Origin: Candidatus Saccharimonadota bacterium
GTDB lineage: Bacteria; Patescibacteriota; Gracilibacteria; UBA4473
NCBI GenBank assembly: GCA_963677105.1
Contig: OY781871.1
Span: 390,001 to 422,000, forward strand
Direction of reading: 5' to 3'
Length of the DNA stretch: 32,000 bases
This document shows, piece by piece, positions 7,760 through 16,500 of the stretch. Position 1 is the stretch's first letter; every line of letters starts with the position of its first letter. The translations under genes were made by a program, and so were the position numbers. Under the pieces are notes generated by a model. That model was not told the DNA's origin. It saw nothing but the letters and a program-made list of their open reading frames with translations, and ran no database searches.

Positions 7760-8199
7760 TGCGTCTTATCGTACTAGATAACATACGATCGCTCCACAAT
7801 GTTGGAGCGATTTTTCGTACTGCTGATGGCGCCGGTTGGGACAAAATTTATCTTACTGGATACACTGGATGTCCACCTGACAGAAGAATTGAAAAAGTTT
7901 CTCTTGGCGCAGAAGAATTTCTCTCGTGGGAACAAGCTGATTCAGCAATAGAGTTATGCAAAAAGTTGAAAAAAGATGGATTTAAAATTGTTGCACTTGA
8001 ACAATCTGAAAAATCTGAAAATATTTTTGATACACACGATTTTGGTGAAAATATTGCACTTATTTTAGGAAATGAAGTTGAAGGAGTATCTCAAGAATTA
8101 TTAGATATATGTGATCAACACGTGGAAATTCCCATGTATGGTCAAAAAAAATCGCTCAATGTTTCTGTTGCAGCTGGAATCGCTTTATTTGCGCTTTGA
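7759..8199 (+). CDS. SpoU/TrmH family RNA 2'-O-methyltransferase
   Basis: Motifs NVGAIFRTADGAG, LILGNEVEGVS and IPMYGQKKSLNVSVAAGIALF. The start overlaps the rpmB stop (TAATG). Ends with TGA. Confidence 0.8.
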   Translation: MRLIVLDNIRSLHNVGAIFRTADGAGWDKIYLTGYTGCPPDRRIEKVSLGAEEFLSWEQADSAIELCKKLKKDGFKIVALEQSEKSENIFDTHDFGENIALILGNEVEGVSQELLDICDQHVEIPMYGQKKSLNVSVAAGIALFAL

Positions 8200-8251
8200 A
8201 GAGAAAAAACTAGAAACTTCGGTCTGCAATCTACAAATAAGGAATTTTTTA

Positions 8252-8293
8252 TTTGCACTTTGATCTTTGTATATTGAACTTTGATATTTGTAT
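8252..8293 (+). repeat. heptamer array C
   Basis: TTTGCAC TTTGATC TTTGTAT ATTGAAC TTTGATA TTTGTAT, upstream of aspS. Confidence 0.8.
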
Positions 8294-8309
8294 CAATTTC
8301 CCATACAAT
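8281..8309 (+). promoter_or_regulatory. candidate aspS promoter (-35 supplied by array C)
   Basis: TTGATA (8281-8286, inside the fifth heptamer), 17-nt spacer, TACAAT (8304-8309). The ATG is at 8337. Confidence 0.35.
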
Positions 8310-8336
8310 TCGTGGTGAAAACTGACTTTCAAGAAA

Positions 8337-10106
8337 ATGTTGCGAACTCACACCTGCGGAGAATTAACCGCAAAAAATATCGGCGAAAACACGATCCTGT
8401 GCGGCTGGGTTCACGATCGACGCGATCTTGGTGGACTTATCTTTTTAACGCTTCGAGATCGATACGGATTGACTCAAATTATTCTCGATCCAGCAAAATG
8501 TGCAGAAGCACATACAATTGCCGAAAAGGTTCGTGCAGAATTTGTTCTTGAAATACACGGAATGGTACAAGCACGAGCTATTGGACAAGAAAAAAAGGAA
8601 CAAAAAACAGGAGAAATTGAAGTTTTACCAACGAAATTAAATATATTAAATCGTTCTAAAACTCCTCCTTTTGAAATAGATGCTGACGTAAAAAATGAAG
8701 ATTTGCGACTGGAATATCGTTATTTAGATTTGAGACGAGAACGATTACAGAAAAATCTACAATTACGACATGATATGACGCTTACCATCCGAAACTTTTT
8801 TGATAAAGAAAATTTTTTAGATATCGAGACTCCAATTATGGTAAAAGGAACGCCTGAGGGTTCTCGAGAATATCTGATTCCATCGCGTATTCATCCTGGA
8901 AAATTTTATGTTCTTCCGCAATCGCCACAACAACTCAAACAAATGTTAATGGTTGCTGGATATGATAAATATATGCAAATCGCTCGTTGTTTTCGTGATG
9001 AAGATTTGCGTGGTGATCGTCAACCAGAATTTACGCAAGTAGATTACGAAATGTCTTTTGTTGATACGGAAGATGTTATAGATATAACGGAACGACTTTT
9101 CATAGAATTAACAGAAAAACACGCTTCGCATGCAGAATGGAAAAAATTCCTAATCGATGGAAAATTTTTAAGAATGACGTGGAAAAATGCAATGGAAAAA
9201 TATGGTTCAGATAAACCAGATATTCGTTTTGAACTAGAACTGCATGATATAACTGAATTCTCACGAAACTGTGAATTTGGAGTATTTGAAAATGCTGAAC
9301 GAGTATTTGCACTTTGTGTACCAAAGAAATTAGGCGAATTTTCACGAAAACAAATTGAAGCTCTTGAGGCAATTGCAAAACAAAATGGAGCTGGCGGACT
9401 CGCTTGGTATCGAGCAGGACAAGCGGGAGGCGCTGTTGCAAAAAATGCTTCATATGAATTTCAAACAGCTGTAATAAGTAAATGTAATGCCGACGAAGGG
9501 GACTTAATTCTTTTTGGTGCAGGAGATTTTTTAACTGCTGTCGAACCACTTGGTGCTGTCCGATTACAACTGGGAGATCAACTGGGTTTACGAAAAGAAA
9601 ACGAATGGGCATATTTGTGGGTGGAAGATTTTCCAATGTTCGAGAAGAAAGAAGATGGAACTATTGCCGCTTCTCATCATCCTTTCACCGCTCCTCATCC
9701 AGAAGATATTGATAAACTAGAATCTGCCCCCATGGAGTGTCGTGCTCTTGCATACGATATTGTTTTAAATGGAGTAGAACTCGGAGGTGGATCAATTCGA
9801 ATTCATGATCCAGCATTACAACACAAAATTTTTGACATATTTGGGATGTCTGAAGATGAAATTCAAGAAAAATTTGGGCATTTATTAAAAGCTTTTTCTT
9901 ACGGATGTCCTCCTCATGGTGGATGTGCAATGGGATTGGATCGAATGGTTATGTTATTTGCAGGAGAACCGAATATTCGCGAAGTTATCGCATTCCCAAA
10001 AAATCAAATGGCTGTTGACTTGATGCTTGGCGCGCCCGGAATAATGCCGGAAAAGGAATTAAGTGAGCAAAACATAAGAGTCGCTGACACTTCAAATAAG
10101 AAATAA
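8337..10106 (+). CDS. aspS: aspartate--tRNA ligase
   Basis: 589 aa with class IIb features: MLRTHTCGEL, FRDEDLRGDRQPEFTQVD, GGGSIRIH, GLDRMVML. Confidence 0.95.
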   Translation: MLRTHTCGELTAKNIGENTILCGWVHDRRDLGGLIFLTLRDRYGLTQIILDPAKCAEAHTIAEKVRAEFVLEIHGMVQARAIGQEKKEQKTGEIEVLPTKLNILNRSKTPPFEIDADVKNEDLRLEYRYLDLRRERLQKNLQLRHDMTLTIRNFFDKENFLDIETPIMVKGTPEGSREYLIPSRIHPGKFYVLPQSPQQLKQMLMVAGYDKYMQIARCFRDEDLRGDRQPEFTQVDYEMSFVDTEDVIDITERLFIELTEKHASHAEWKKFLIDGKFLRMTWKNAMEKYGSDKPDIRFELELHDITEFSRNCEFGVFENAERVFALCVPKKLGEFSRKQIEALEAIAKQNGAGGLAWYRAGQAGGAVAKNASYEFQTAVISKCNADEGDLILFGAGDFLTAVEPLGAVRLQLGDQLGLRKENEWAYLWVEDFPMFEKKEDGTIAASHHPFTAPHPEDIDKLESAPMECRALAYDIVLNGVELGGGSIRIHDPALQHKIFDIFGMSEDEIQEKFGHLLKAFSYGCPPHGGCAMGLDRMVMLFAGEPNIREVIAFPKNQMAVDLMLGAPGIMPEKELSEQNIRVADTSNKK

Positions 10107-10125
10107 CAAAGAGCAAAAATCAAAA

Positions 10126-10188
10126 TTTGCACTTTGTACTCTGTACATTGATATTTGATATTTGTATATTGTTATTTGTACTTTGCTC
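10126..10188 (+). repeat. heptamer array D (longest, 9 units)
   Basis: TTTGCAC TTTGTAC TCTGTAC ATTGATA TTTGATA TTTGTAT ATTGTTA TTTGTAC TTTGCTC, between aspS and der. Confidence 0.85.
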
Positions 10189-10204
10189 TTCGTTGTGCTA
10201 CTTT
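10176..10204 (+). promoter_or_regulatory. candidate der promoter, possibly leaderless
   Basis: TTGTAC (10176-10181, inside the eighth heptamer), 17-nt spacer, TACTTT (10199-10204). Only 7 nt separate it from the der ATG at 10212. Confidence 0.3.
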
Positions 10205-10211
10205 CCGCGCG

Positions 10212-11624
10212 ATGAATAAAAATCTTCCAATCGTAGCTATTATTGGACGCCCAAATGTTGGAAAATCTACTCTTTTCAATACGTTCGTTGGAGAACGACG
10301 AGCCATTGTATCTAATATTGCAGGGACGACTCGTGATGCGATTACAGAACGCGTTCACGGAGATTTATATGATTTTTTATTAGTAGATACTGCTGGACTA
10401 ACTGATGATGAAGGAGATTCTTTAGAAGCCGAAATTCAACAACAAGCCGAGTTGGCACTTTCTCAGGCAGACATCGTTGTTTTCATGCTTGATGGAAGAG
10501 CTGAATTAACGAAAGATGATCTTGAATTAGCAAAACGTATGCGTGAGTCCAAAACTCCCGTTATTTTTTGTATGAATAAACTCGACGATGGAGTTATCCG
10601 AAATTGGGATTGTTTACAACTCGGACTTGGGGAACCTTTGGCCCTTTCTGCATTAAATTATGCTGGACGAGATGTTCTCACTGATAGAATTGAAACCGCT
10701 CTTGGAAAAGCTGGATTTAAACCAGAAGCAATTCGAGCAGAGGAGGAAAACCCAAATATAATTAAAATTGCACTGGTTGGACGACCAAATGTTGGAAAAT
10801 CATCATTATTTAATACATTAATTGGAACACAACGAAGTGTTGTTTCTGAACGAGCTGGAACGACACGCGACACAATTGATACTGAGTTACAAGTAGGTGG
10901 AACTGATTTTCTTCTTCTTGATACAGCTGGACTTCGTCGTCCTGGAAAAGTAGGAAAACAGCTTGAGTTTTGGAGTAGTGTACGAACGCGTCATGCAATC
11001 GAACGATCTGATGTATGTGCCGTTTTGATCGATGCAATCGATGGAATCACTCATCAAGATTTATCTATTCTTGGAGAAGCGGTAGAAGCGGGAAAAGGAA
11101 TTATCCTTTGTGTTAATAAATTCGATCTCGCTCGCGACCGAGCTAAACAAGGGGAAAAAGTTGATACTCGGGATTTGGCAGAAGTTCCAATGTGGGGAGA
11201 AGATCTTGATAAAATTCGATCAAAATATTTGAAATATCTCACCTCAAAAGTGAAATTTTTACCGTGGGTTCCTGTCCTTTTCTTTTCTGCAAAAACTGGA
11301 CGTGGCACAAAAGATTTATTTAAAAGCGCAATAGAAGTAAAAGCTGAACGAGAAAAACGTATTCCAACAGCAGATTTAAACCGGATTTTACCAGAAATTT
11401 TCTTCGGACACGTAAAACCTTCCGTGGGAACAAAAATGGGGAAACTGAAATACTGCTCACAAGTAACAAGTCGTCCTCCAAAATTCATCTTTCATGTAAA
11501 TAACACCGAAGCGTTCCATTTTTCATATGAACGATATTTGGAAAATCAATTACGAGAACGATACGGATTTTTCGGTTCACCAATTCGAATTGAATTGCGC
11601 GACGCAATGGGGAAGCGGAAATAA
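10212..11624 (+). CDS. der: ribosome biogenesis GTPase Der (EngA)
   Basis: Two tandem GTPase domains (GRPNVGKST and GRPNVGKSS; DTAG twice; NKLD and NKFD) plus a KH-like C-terminus. Start moved to the ATG at 10212 (MNKNLPIVAIIG) because the 19 extra codons in the track lie in the heptamer array. Confidence 0.95.
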   Translation: MNKNLPIVAIIGRPNVGKSTLFNTFVGERRAIVSNIAGTTRDAITERVHGDLYDFLLVDTAGLTDDEGDSLEAEIQQQAELALSQADIVVFMLDGRAELTKDDLELAKRMRESKTPVIFCMNKLDDGVIRNWDCLQLGLGEPLALSALNYAGRDVLTDRIETALGKAGFKPEAIRAEEENPNIIKIALVGRPNVGKSSLFNTLIGTQRSVVSERAGTTRDTIDTELQVGGTDFLLLDTAGLRRPGKVGKQLEFWSSVRTRHAIERSDVCAVLIDAIDGITHQDLSILGEAVEAGKGIILCVNKFDLARDRAKQGEKVDTRDLAEVPMWGEDLDKIRSKYLKYLTSKVKFLPWVPVLFFSAKTGRGTKDLFKSAIEVKAEREKRIPTADLNRILPEIFFGHVKPSVGTKMGKLKYCSQVTSRPPKFIFHVNNTEAFHFSYERYLENQLRERYGFFGSPIRIELRDAMGKRK

Positions 11625-11641
11625 AAAAAATTTTTATTTCC
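11617..11641. terminator. AT-rich hairpin between convergent der and recF
   Basis: GGAAATAAAAA-AAA-TTTTTATTTCC is a perfect 11-bp inverted repeat overlapping the der stop (11622-11624). The stem is weak (AT-rich), so function is uncertain. Confidence 0.3.
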
Positions 11642-11677
11642 TTGAAACCACAATTTTCAAAGTTCAAATTTTGCTCT

Positions 11678-12769
11678 CTACTCTTTGTTATTTGATAAAT
11701 CAAATATCTGAACTTCTTCCTGAGCAAACGCGGAAAAGTGCTCTATGTGTGTCGTACTAAAAAACACTTGTGAATCAACACATAATTTTTCTAATGCTGC
11801 TTGACGAACTGAATCAAGTTCAGAAAAACAGTCATCCAATAGCAAAATCGGCGGAACTCCACTGTGAGAAGATAGAATTTGTTTTTGTGCTGCAAGTAAT
11901 GCTAATAAAACTGATCGTTCTTCTCCACGACTTGCTGTGGAAATCAGCGGACGATTTCGAAGACGAAACACAAAATCATCACGATGTGGTCCTAAAAAAC
12001 TTTTTCGTGCTGCACATTCGCGTTGAAAATTTTCAGAAAAAAACTGACGAACTCCGTCTTCTGTCGGTTCATATTCTTCAGGAGTTTGTAACTCCACTGA
12101 AATGGAATCTGAGGAGTGAGAAATCTCTGTTAATTGCTGCTGAAATGGATCGGATAAAGATTGAAGGAACTCCGTTCGTTCTTTCCAAATATCTGGAATT
12201 ACGTTCGCAAGAATTTCATTCCATGGTTGTAAATCTTGAGTTCGAACTTGAGAAATAACTCTTCCACTTAAGTTCGAACTCGACTCTCTCAATAACGCAT
12301 TTTTTTGTCGTGTCGCTTTATCTGCACGAGAAAGATTCTCTCTATAAATGGGAGAAAGTTGAGATAATACACGATCAAAAAACTGTTGTCGTGCGCGTTT
12401 CGCCCCAGAAAAAAGCGATAAATGTTCTGGCGCAAATAACAAAGTAGGAATTTGTCCAAAAAATTTCTTTCGAGTTATTTTTTTCTCGTTTCGTATAAAT
12501 GCTCTTCCTCGTGGCTGAATCTGAATTTTAAATTGATCACCCGAACCCAAGATTGCTTGAATCTGAGCTGAATCTGCTCCATTACGAATCAAGTCAGAAG
12601 AAATAGTTTCTCTCCAGCTTTTCCCTACACTCAAGAGTGAAATCGCTTCTAACACATTCGTTTTCCCTCGTCCGTTCCCACCAACAAGCACTACAATATT
12701 TTTTTCAAATTCAAAAACTCGCTCTTTATAATTGCGAAAATCATGAAGGATGAGCGTTCGTAAAGTCAT
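11678..12769 (-). CDS. recF: DNA replication and repair protein RecF
   Basis: 363 aa with Walker A GGNGRGKTNVLEAISLL, QKNALLRE and the Walker B-like ILLLDDCFSELD. Confidence 0.9.
   Translation of the reverse strand: MTLRTLILHDFRNYKERVFEFEKNIVVLVGGNGRGKTNVLEAISLLSVGKSWRETISSDLIRNGADSAQIQAILGSGDQFKIQIQPRGRAFIRNEKKITRKKFFGQIPTLLFAPEHLSLFSGAKRARQQFFDRVLSQLSPIYRENLSRADKATRQKNALLRESSSNLSGRVISQVRTQDLQPWNEILANVIPDIWKERTEFLQSLSDPFQQQLTEISHSSDSISVELQTPEEYEPTEDGVRQFFSENFQRECAARKSFLGPHRDDFVFRLRNRPLISTASRGEERSVLLALLAAQKQILSSHSGVPPILLLDDCFSELDSVRQAALEKLCVDSQVFFSTTHIEHFSAFAQEEVQIFDLSNNKE
12239..12280. repeat. palindrome doublet AGTTCGAACT x2 inside recF coding sequence
   Basis: Perfect 10-bp palindromes at 12239-12248 and 12271-12280, 32 nt start to start. 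Confidence 0.9.
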
Positions 12770-12789
12770 CGATCATATTTTAACACTTG

Positions 12790-12833
12790 AGTTCGAACTT
12801 GTCTTGTTCCTATTTTCTTTTCAAGTTCGAACT
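12790..12833. repeat. palindrome doublet AGTTCGAACT x2 in the recF/transposase spacer
   Basis: Copies at 12790-12799 and 12824-12833, 34 nt start to start. The second touches the transposase stop codon (12833-12835). Confidence 0.9.
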
Positions 12834-13372
12834 TATTCAAACCCCGGATCAAATTCAGGATCTAATCCAATAGCTTCAATTATTGGAAATTCATTTGTCG
12901 ATGTTCCCCCTGCCCAAACCCATTCTTCCACATTTTCAACTATTTCATGTTTCAACGCATTATAACGAATATAATATGCCACTTTTTGTAAATAATTTTC
13001 ACTTATAATTTCTTTTGAATTAAAACGTCCTTCAAAAATAGGAGCCTTTTGTCCTTTTTTAACAGAATCACCATATTTTCTATTAAAATACATAGCATAC
13101 GATTGCTGAATTTTTTGCATAAACTTTGAAATTTGTGACGCTTCTCCGGCCTCTAAGTTCGAACTTGATATGTCCTCCGATAACAAAAAATGAAAATGAT
13201 TTGGTAAAAAACACCAAACATAAATTTTGATTGTTGGAAATTTTAAGAGATAACGCTTTATTGTGTCCCCAAACCGTATTAAATCTTGATCACAAAAAAA
13301 CAATCTTTGTTTGTTACATCCTCTATTATAAATATGATAATAAATACCTTTTTTAAAATTTCTCTTTTGCAT
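12833..13372 (-). CDS. IS200-like HUH/Y1 transposase, REP-associated tyrosine transposase (RAYT)-like
   Basis: 179 aa: GIYYHIYNRGCNKQRLF..., HUH-type motif PNHFHFLL, C-terminal YYIRYNALKHEI with a candidate catalytic Tyr. It is a single gene without IS terminal structures but is surrounded by short palindromes. Confidence 0.75.
   Translation of the reverse strand: MQKRNFKKGIYYHIYNRGCNKQRLFFCDQDLIRFGDTIKRYLLKFPTIKIYVWCFLPNHFHFLLSEDISSSNLEAGEASQISKFMQKIQQSYAMYFNRKYGDSVKKGQKAPIFEGRFNSKEIISENYLQKVAYYIRYNALKHEIVENVEEWVWAGGTSTNEFPIIEAIGLDPEFDPGFE
13156..13165. repeat. AGTTCGAACT palindrome inside the transposase gene
   Basis: Perfect copy, read as tca AGT TCG AAC TTa (SSSNL) in the transposase frame. 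Confidence 0.9.
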
Positions 13373-13458
13373 TTTAGGAACTTAGAAACCTACCCAAAAC
13401 ACTAATAAAAATAAGAAAAACAACAAACATCCTTTTTCATAAAACTTTAATACAAACA

Positions 13459-13468
13459 AGTTCGAACT
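13459..13468. repeat. AGTTCGAACT palindrome upstream of the transposase gene
   Basis: Perfect copy in the spacer between the transposase start and the SLH-gene terminator. Confidence 0.9.
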
Positions 13469-13483
13469 TAAATTAAATAATAA

Positions 13484-13521
13484 CACAAAAAAGAACCCCG
13501 ATTCTTTCGAATCGGGGTTCT
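13484..13521 (-). terminator. intrinsic terminator of the SLH protein gene
   Basis: AGAACCCCGATTC-TTTC-GAATCGGGGTTCT (13492-13521) forms a perfect 13-bp GC-containing stem. On the minus strand it is followed by TTTTTTGTG. It lies about 60 nt downstream of the stop at 13584-13586. Confidence 0.85.
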
Positions 13522-13583
13522 TGTATCTACCTTGTCTTCTCATTACTTACTCTAATGAATCAATCTCCGAAGAGAAAGAATAA

Positions 13584-16500
13584 TTAGTCAGCGTTTGTCA
13601 TAGATGTTGTGTCAGTATCAAGCAAGTAACCGTTCAACCAGTCAAGTGTTGAGTCTGTGTGAGCGTTTGAAGACTCATCTGACCATACAGTCTTTGTTGT
13701 TTGAGTAGCTACGTTAGCAAGTGTAGCTGAAGTCAATCCTGTTGCTGCAAATGCTACTGTTTCAACAACAGTGTTTGCTCCAAGAACTGTAACTACACCA
13801 CCTGCAGAAGTTGTTGTAACTCCTGTGATAGATGCTGCGTCGATTAACGCTTTGATTGCATCAGCAACTGCTGTGTTAGCTCCCGCTCCCACACCAATCA
13901 ATGAAACTGCTGTTCCGTTAATTGTTAATGTACCTGCTGTCGAAGCAGCTGTAGTTGTTCCAACAATTGTATATGTTGAAGTCTGAGTCAACGCTGCTTT
14001 CGCTGCTGGTGCAACATATGCTGAATCGTTAGAAATTGTTACGTTCACTGCGTCATCGTCAGCAGCTGTTCCTGTGTCTACTGTATTGTCCATAAACAAT
14101 GCAAATGTTCGTGACTCTCCTGATGCCAATCTCTGGTTTGAGAAGTTTACAGTAACAGTTCCAGCTATGTCGTTTGCAGCTGTGAATGTATCCACAATTG
14201 ATGAAGTAACTGTAGCAGTATTATCGATTGTTCCGTCAGTTTTTACCTGTCGAACAACGAATCCTGCGTCAGCAGATGTCTTCATTCCTGACAATGCAAC
14301 ATCGAATGTTACTCGTCCAATCTCAGCCTGACGAGCTGCATCAGCTGAAATTGTGAATCGATAAATCTCTTGTGAAGCAGATGATGGATCTGAGAAGTTT
14401 GGCTGTGTAGCAGCGTGTTTCACAGAAACCTCAGTTCGGTAAGCCACGAATGGTTCACCAGCGTAAGTTCCGCTAATTTGACCTGCTGCCAAATCAGTTC
14501 CTGTAGCTGCAGTAAGTGCCTCTACTCCATTAGCTGTTCCTTCTGATGTGTCAGTAGTCAATTTCAATCGTTTACCAGTCATTGATGCTTGAGTAATATC
14601 TCGAACATCAACTTTAAGAGTAACAAATGTTGAATCGTCTTTTGGAACAGAAATTCGATCTTGGTTTGCAAGCTCGAAGTGTAGCAAGTCTCCTGTTTGC
14701 ATCTGTTTTGTCTGAACAAGTTGTCCAGCCTCATTGTACAATTTGAAGTCTGCTCGTGGACCAAATGTAGTCCATGATCCAGAATTATTATCCAAGTACA
14801 AGTCTTTAATTTGTACCTCGTCGTCTGCTGCATTGAATCGAATCTTCAATACTTCTACTTCATCAGCTCCTGCTACGAGGATATCTGAGTAAATTGTAGA
14901 ACCAATACTCATAACAAGTGAACCACTTGCAACAAGTGTAAATGTAGAACCATTTACTGCTGTCATTGGAGTTGTTGCATTTCCTCCTGGGAGGTATACA
15001 GTTTGTCCATTTTCTACATTATCTGCATCAACAGCAGTAATTCTCATTCGAAGAACGTCTCCTGATGATGTTTCGTTTGTGTTTACTACAACAGCAAATT
15101 CTTTTTGACCTGCTGATGGCACAACCACTGACAAGTCGTTAAATGTTGCTACTTCTGTAGTAGTATTAAAGTTCTTTGATGAACCCTGCTGTGCACCGTC
15201 TACGAAAATCGCAGCAGTATAATTAGCAGCGTTTCCAATAGATCCAACTGAATCATCTGCATCTACTGTAATAGATGTAACATTTACATCACCTGAGTCA
15301 TTGTTATCAAGAACAAACTCCATGAATGTAACATCATCCAATCCAGCAACGATAGTCTCTGATGAGAATCCGTCTGTTTTTGTGATTGTCAAAGCTGATG
15401 CTGTAACCTCAACCAATGATCCTTGTGCTGAACCAAGTAATTGGTCAGTAGGAACCTGATCACCTGTAGAGATGTACTCTGGTGATGAGAAGCTTGATGA
15501 AGCTAGGTTGAACTTAATAGTTGATCCTGTAGGTGCTGCGTCTTGAATGTTTAGAACTAGTTTCAAGATTGAAGCTCCTGCAATTTCAAATGTTGTGTCG
15601 TACTCAAGTTTAGCTGTTCCTAATACATCTGTAGTATTTGCAACCATTGCGTTCTCACTGTCGATCAAGTTGTCGTTCAAGAACAATCGGTAGTTGTTGA
15701 ATGCTGCGTTAGCTCCAATCAAGTGGTTAGCTGTAGCAGAATTTGCAACAAGAACTCCTACATTTGCTGTTCCTGTGTAAACAGAAGTCAAAGTAACTCC
15801 GTCAACCAAGAGTGGCTGGTCTACGATAACACGTGCTGTCATAGCTACGATGTCGTTAGATCCTGGAGCGTACTGTTGGTTACCCAATGATGATGGGTCA
15901 CGTGAAACGTTGATGTCTCCTGAGTCGATTGTATACATTTTCAATCGTGCACAGTTGTCTTCAGCGTCGCTGTTAGAACAAGTACCACCTGTAGTTGTTG
16001 TTCCTGTAGTTGTTGTTGTAAGGAATGAGTCTGAAGTAGCTTTTACTCCAAATGCAGTTCCAATTTCAATAGCTACAAGGTCTTCAAAGTTATCAATTTT
16101 GAAGTTAATTGTGTCTCCTTTTTCTGCTGAAACGATGTCAGCACGCATTGAGAAGATTCGTGAATCACCATCTTCGATGATGTATCCTCCAGTAACTCCG
16201 TTGTCCAATCGGAAAGTGATGTAATCACCGTCGATGATAGACTCTGCAGATACTTGCTCTCCTGAAACGTACAAAGCAACGTTTTCAAGTACGTTTTCTA
16301 ATTCAGCTGTACCGTCGTTTTTGAAAGTAATAGCTCGAATCTCAACGTCTTTGTTTGTTGATGACTCGTTCAACATTCGGAATTTACCGATCTCGATGAA
16401 GTTGTCTCCAACGTCGATAGTTGTGTCTGATCCTAGATCTGAGAAATCAACCTCTGATACTTGGTAATCAGCTACTTCCATCTCTTCTCCCTCAATTGGG

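Noticed and set aside
9100-9636. 178-aa minus-strand ORF.
   Set aside because: Antisense to aspS, which has unambiguous class II synthetase motifs.
10126-10188. Heptamer arrays as a possible CRISPR or minisatellite coding repeat.
   Set aside because: The units are contiguous 7-mers without spacers, so this is not CRISPR. The track ORFs extending into arrays D and F are N-terminal extensions upstream of the conserved Der and M16 start sites.
11770-12258. 162-aa + strand ORF.
   Set aside because: Antisense to recF, which has Walker A and Walker B motifs.
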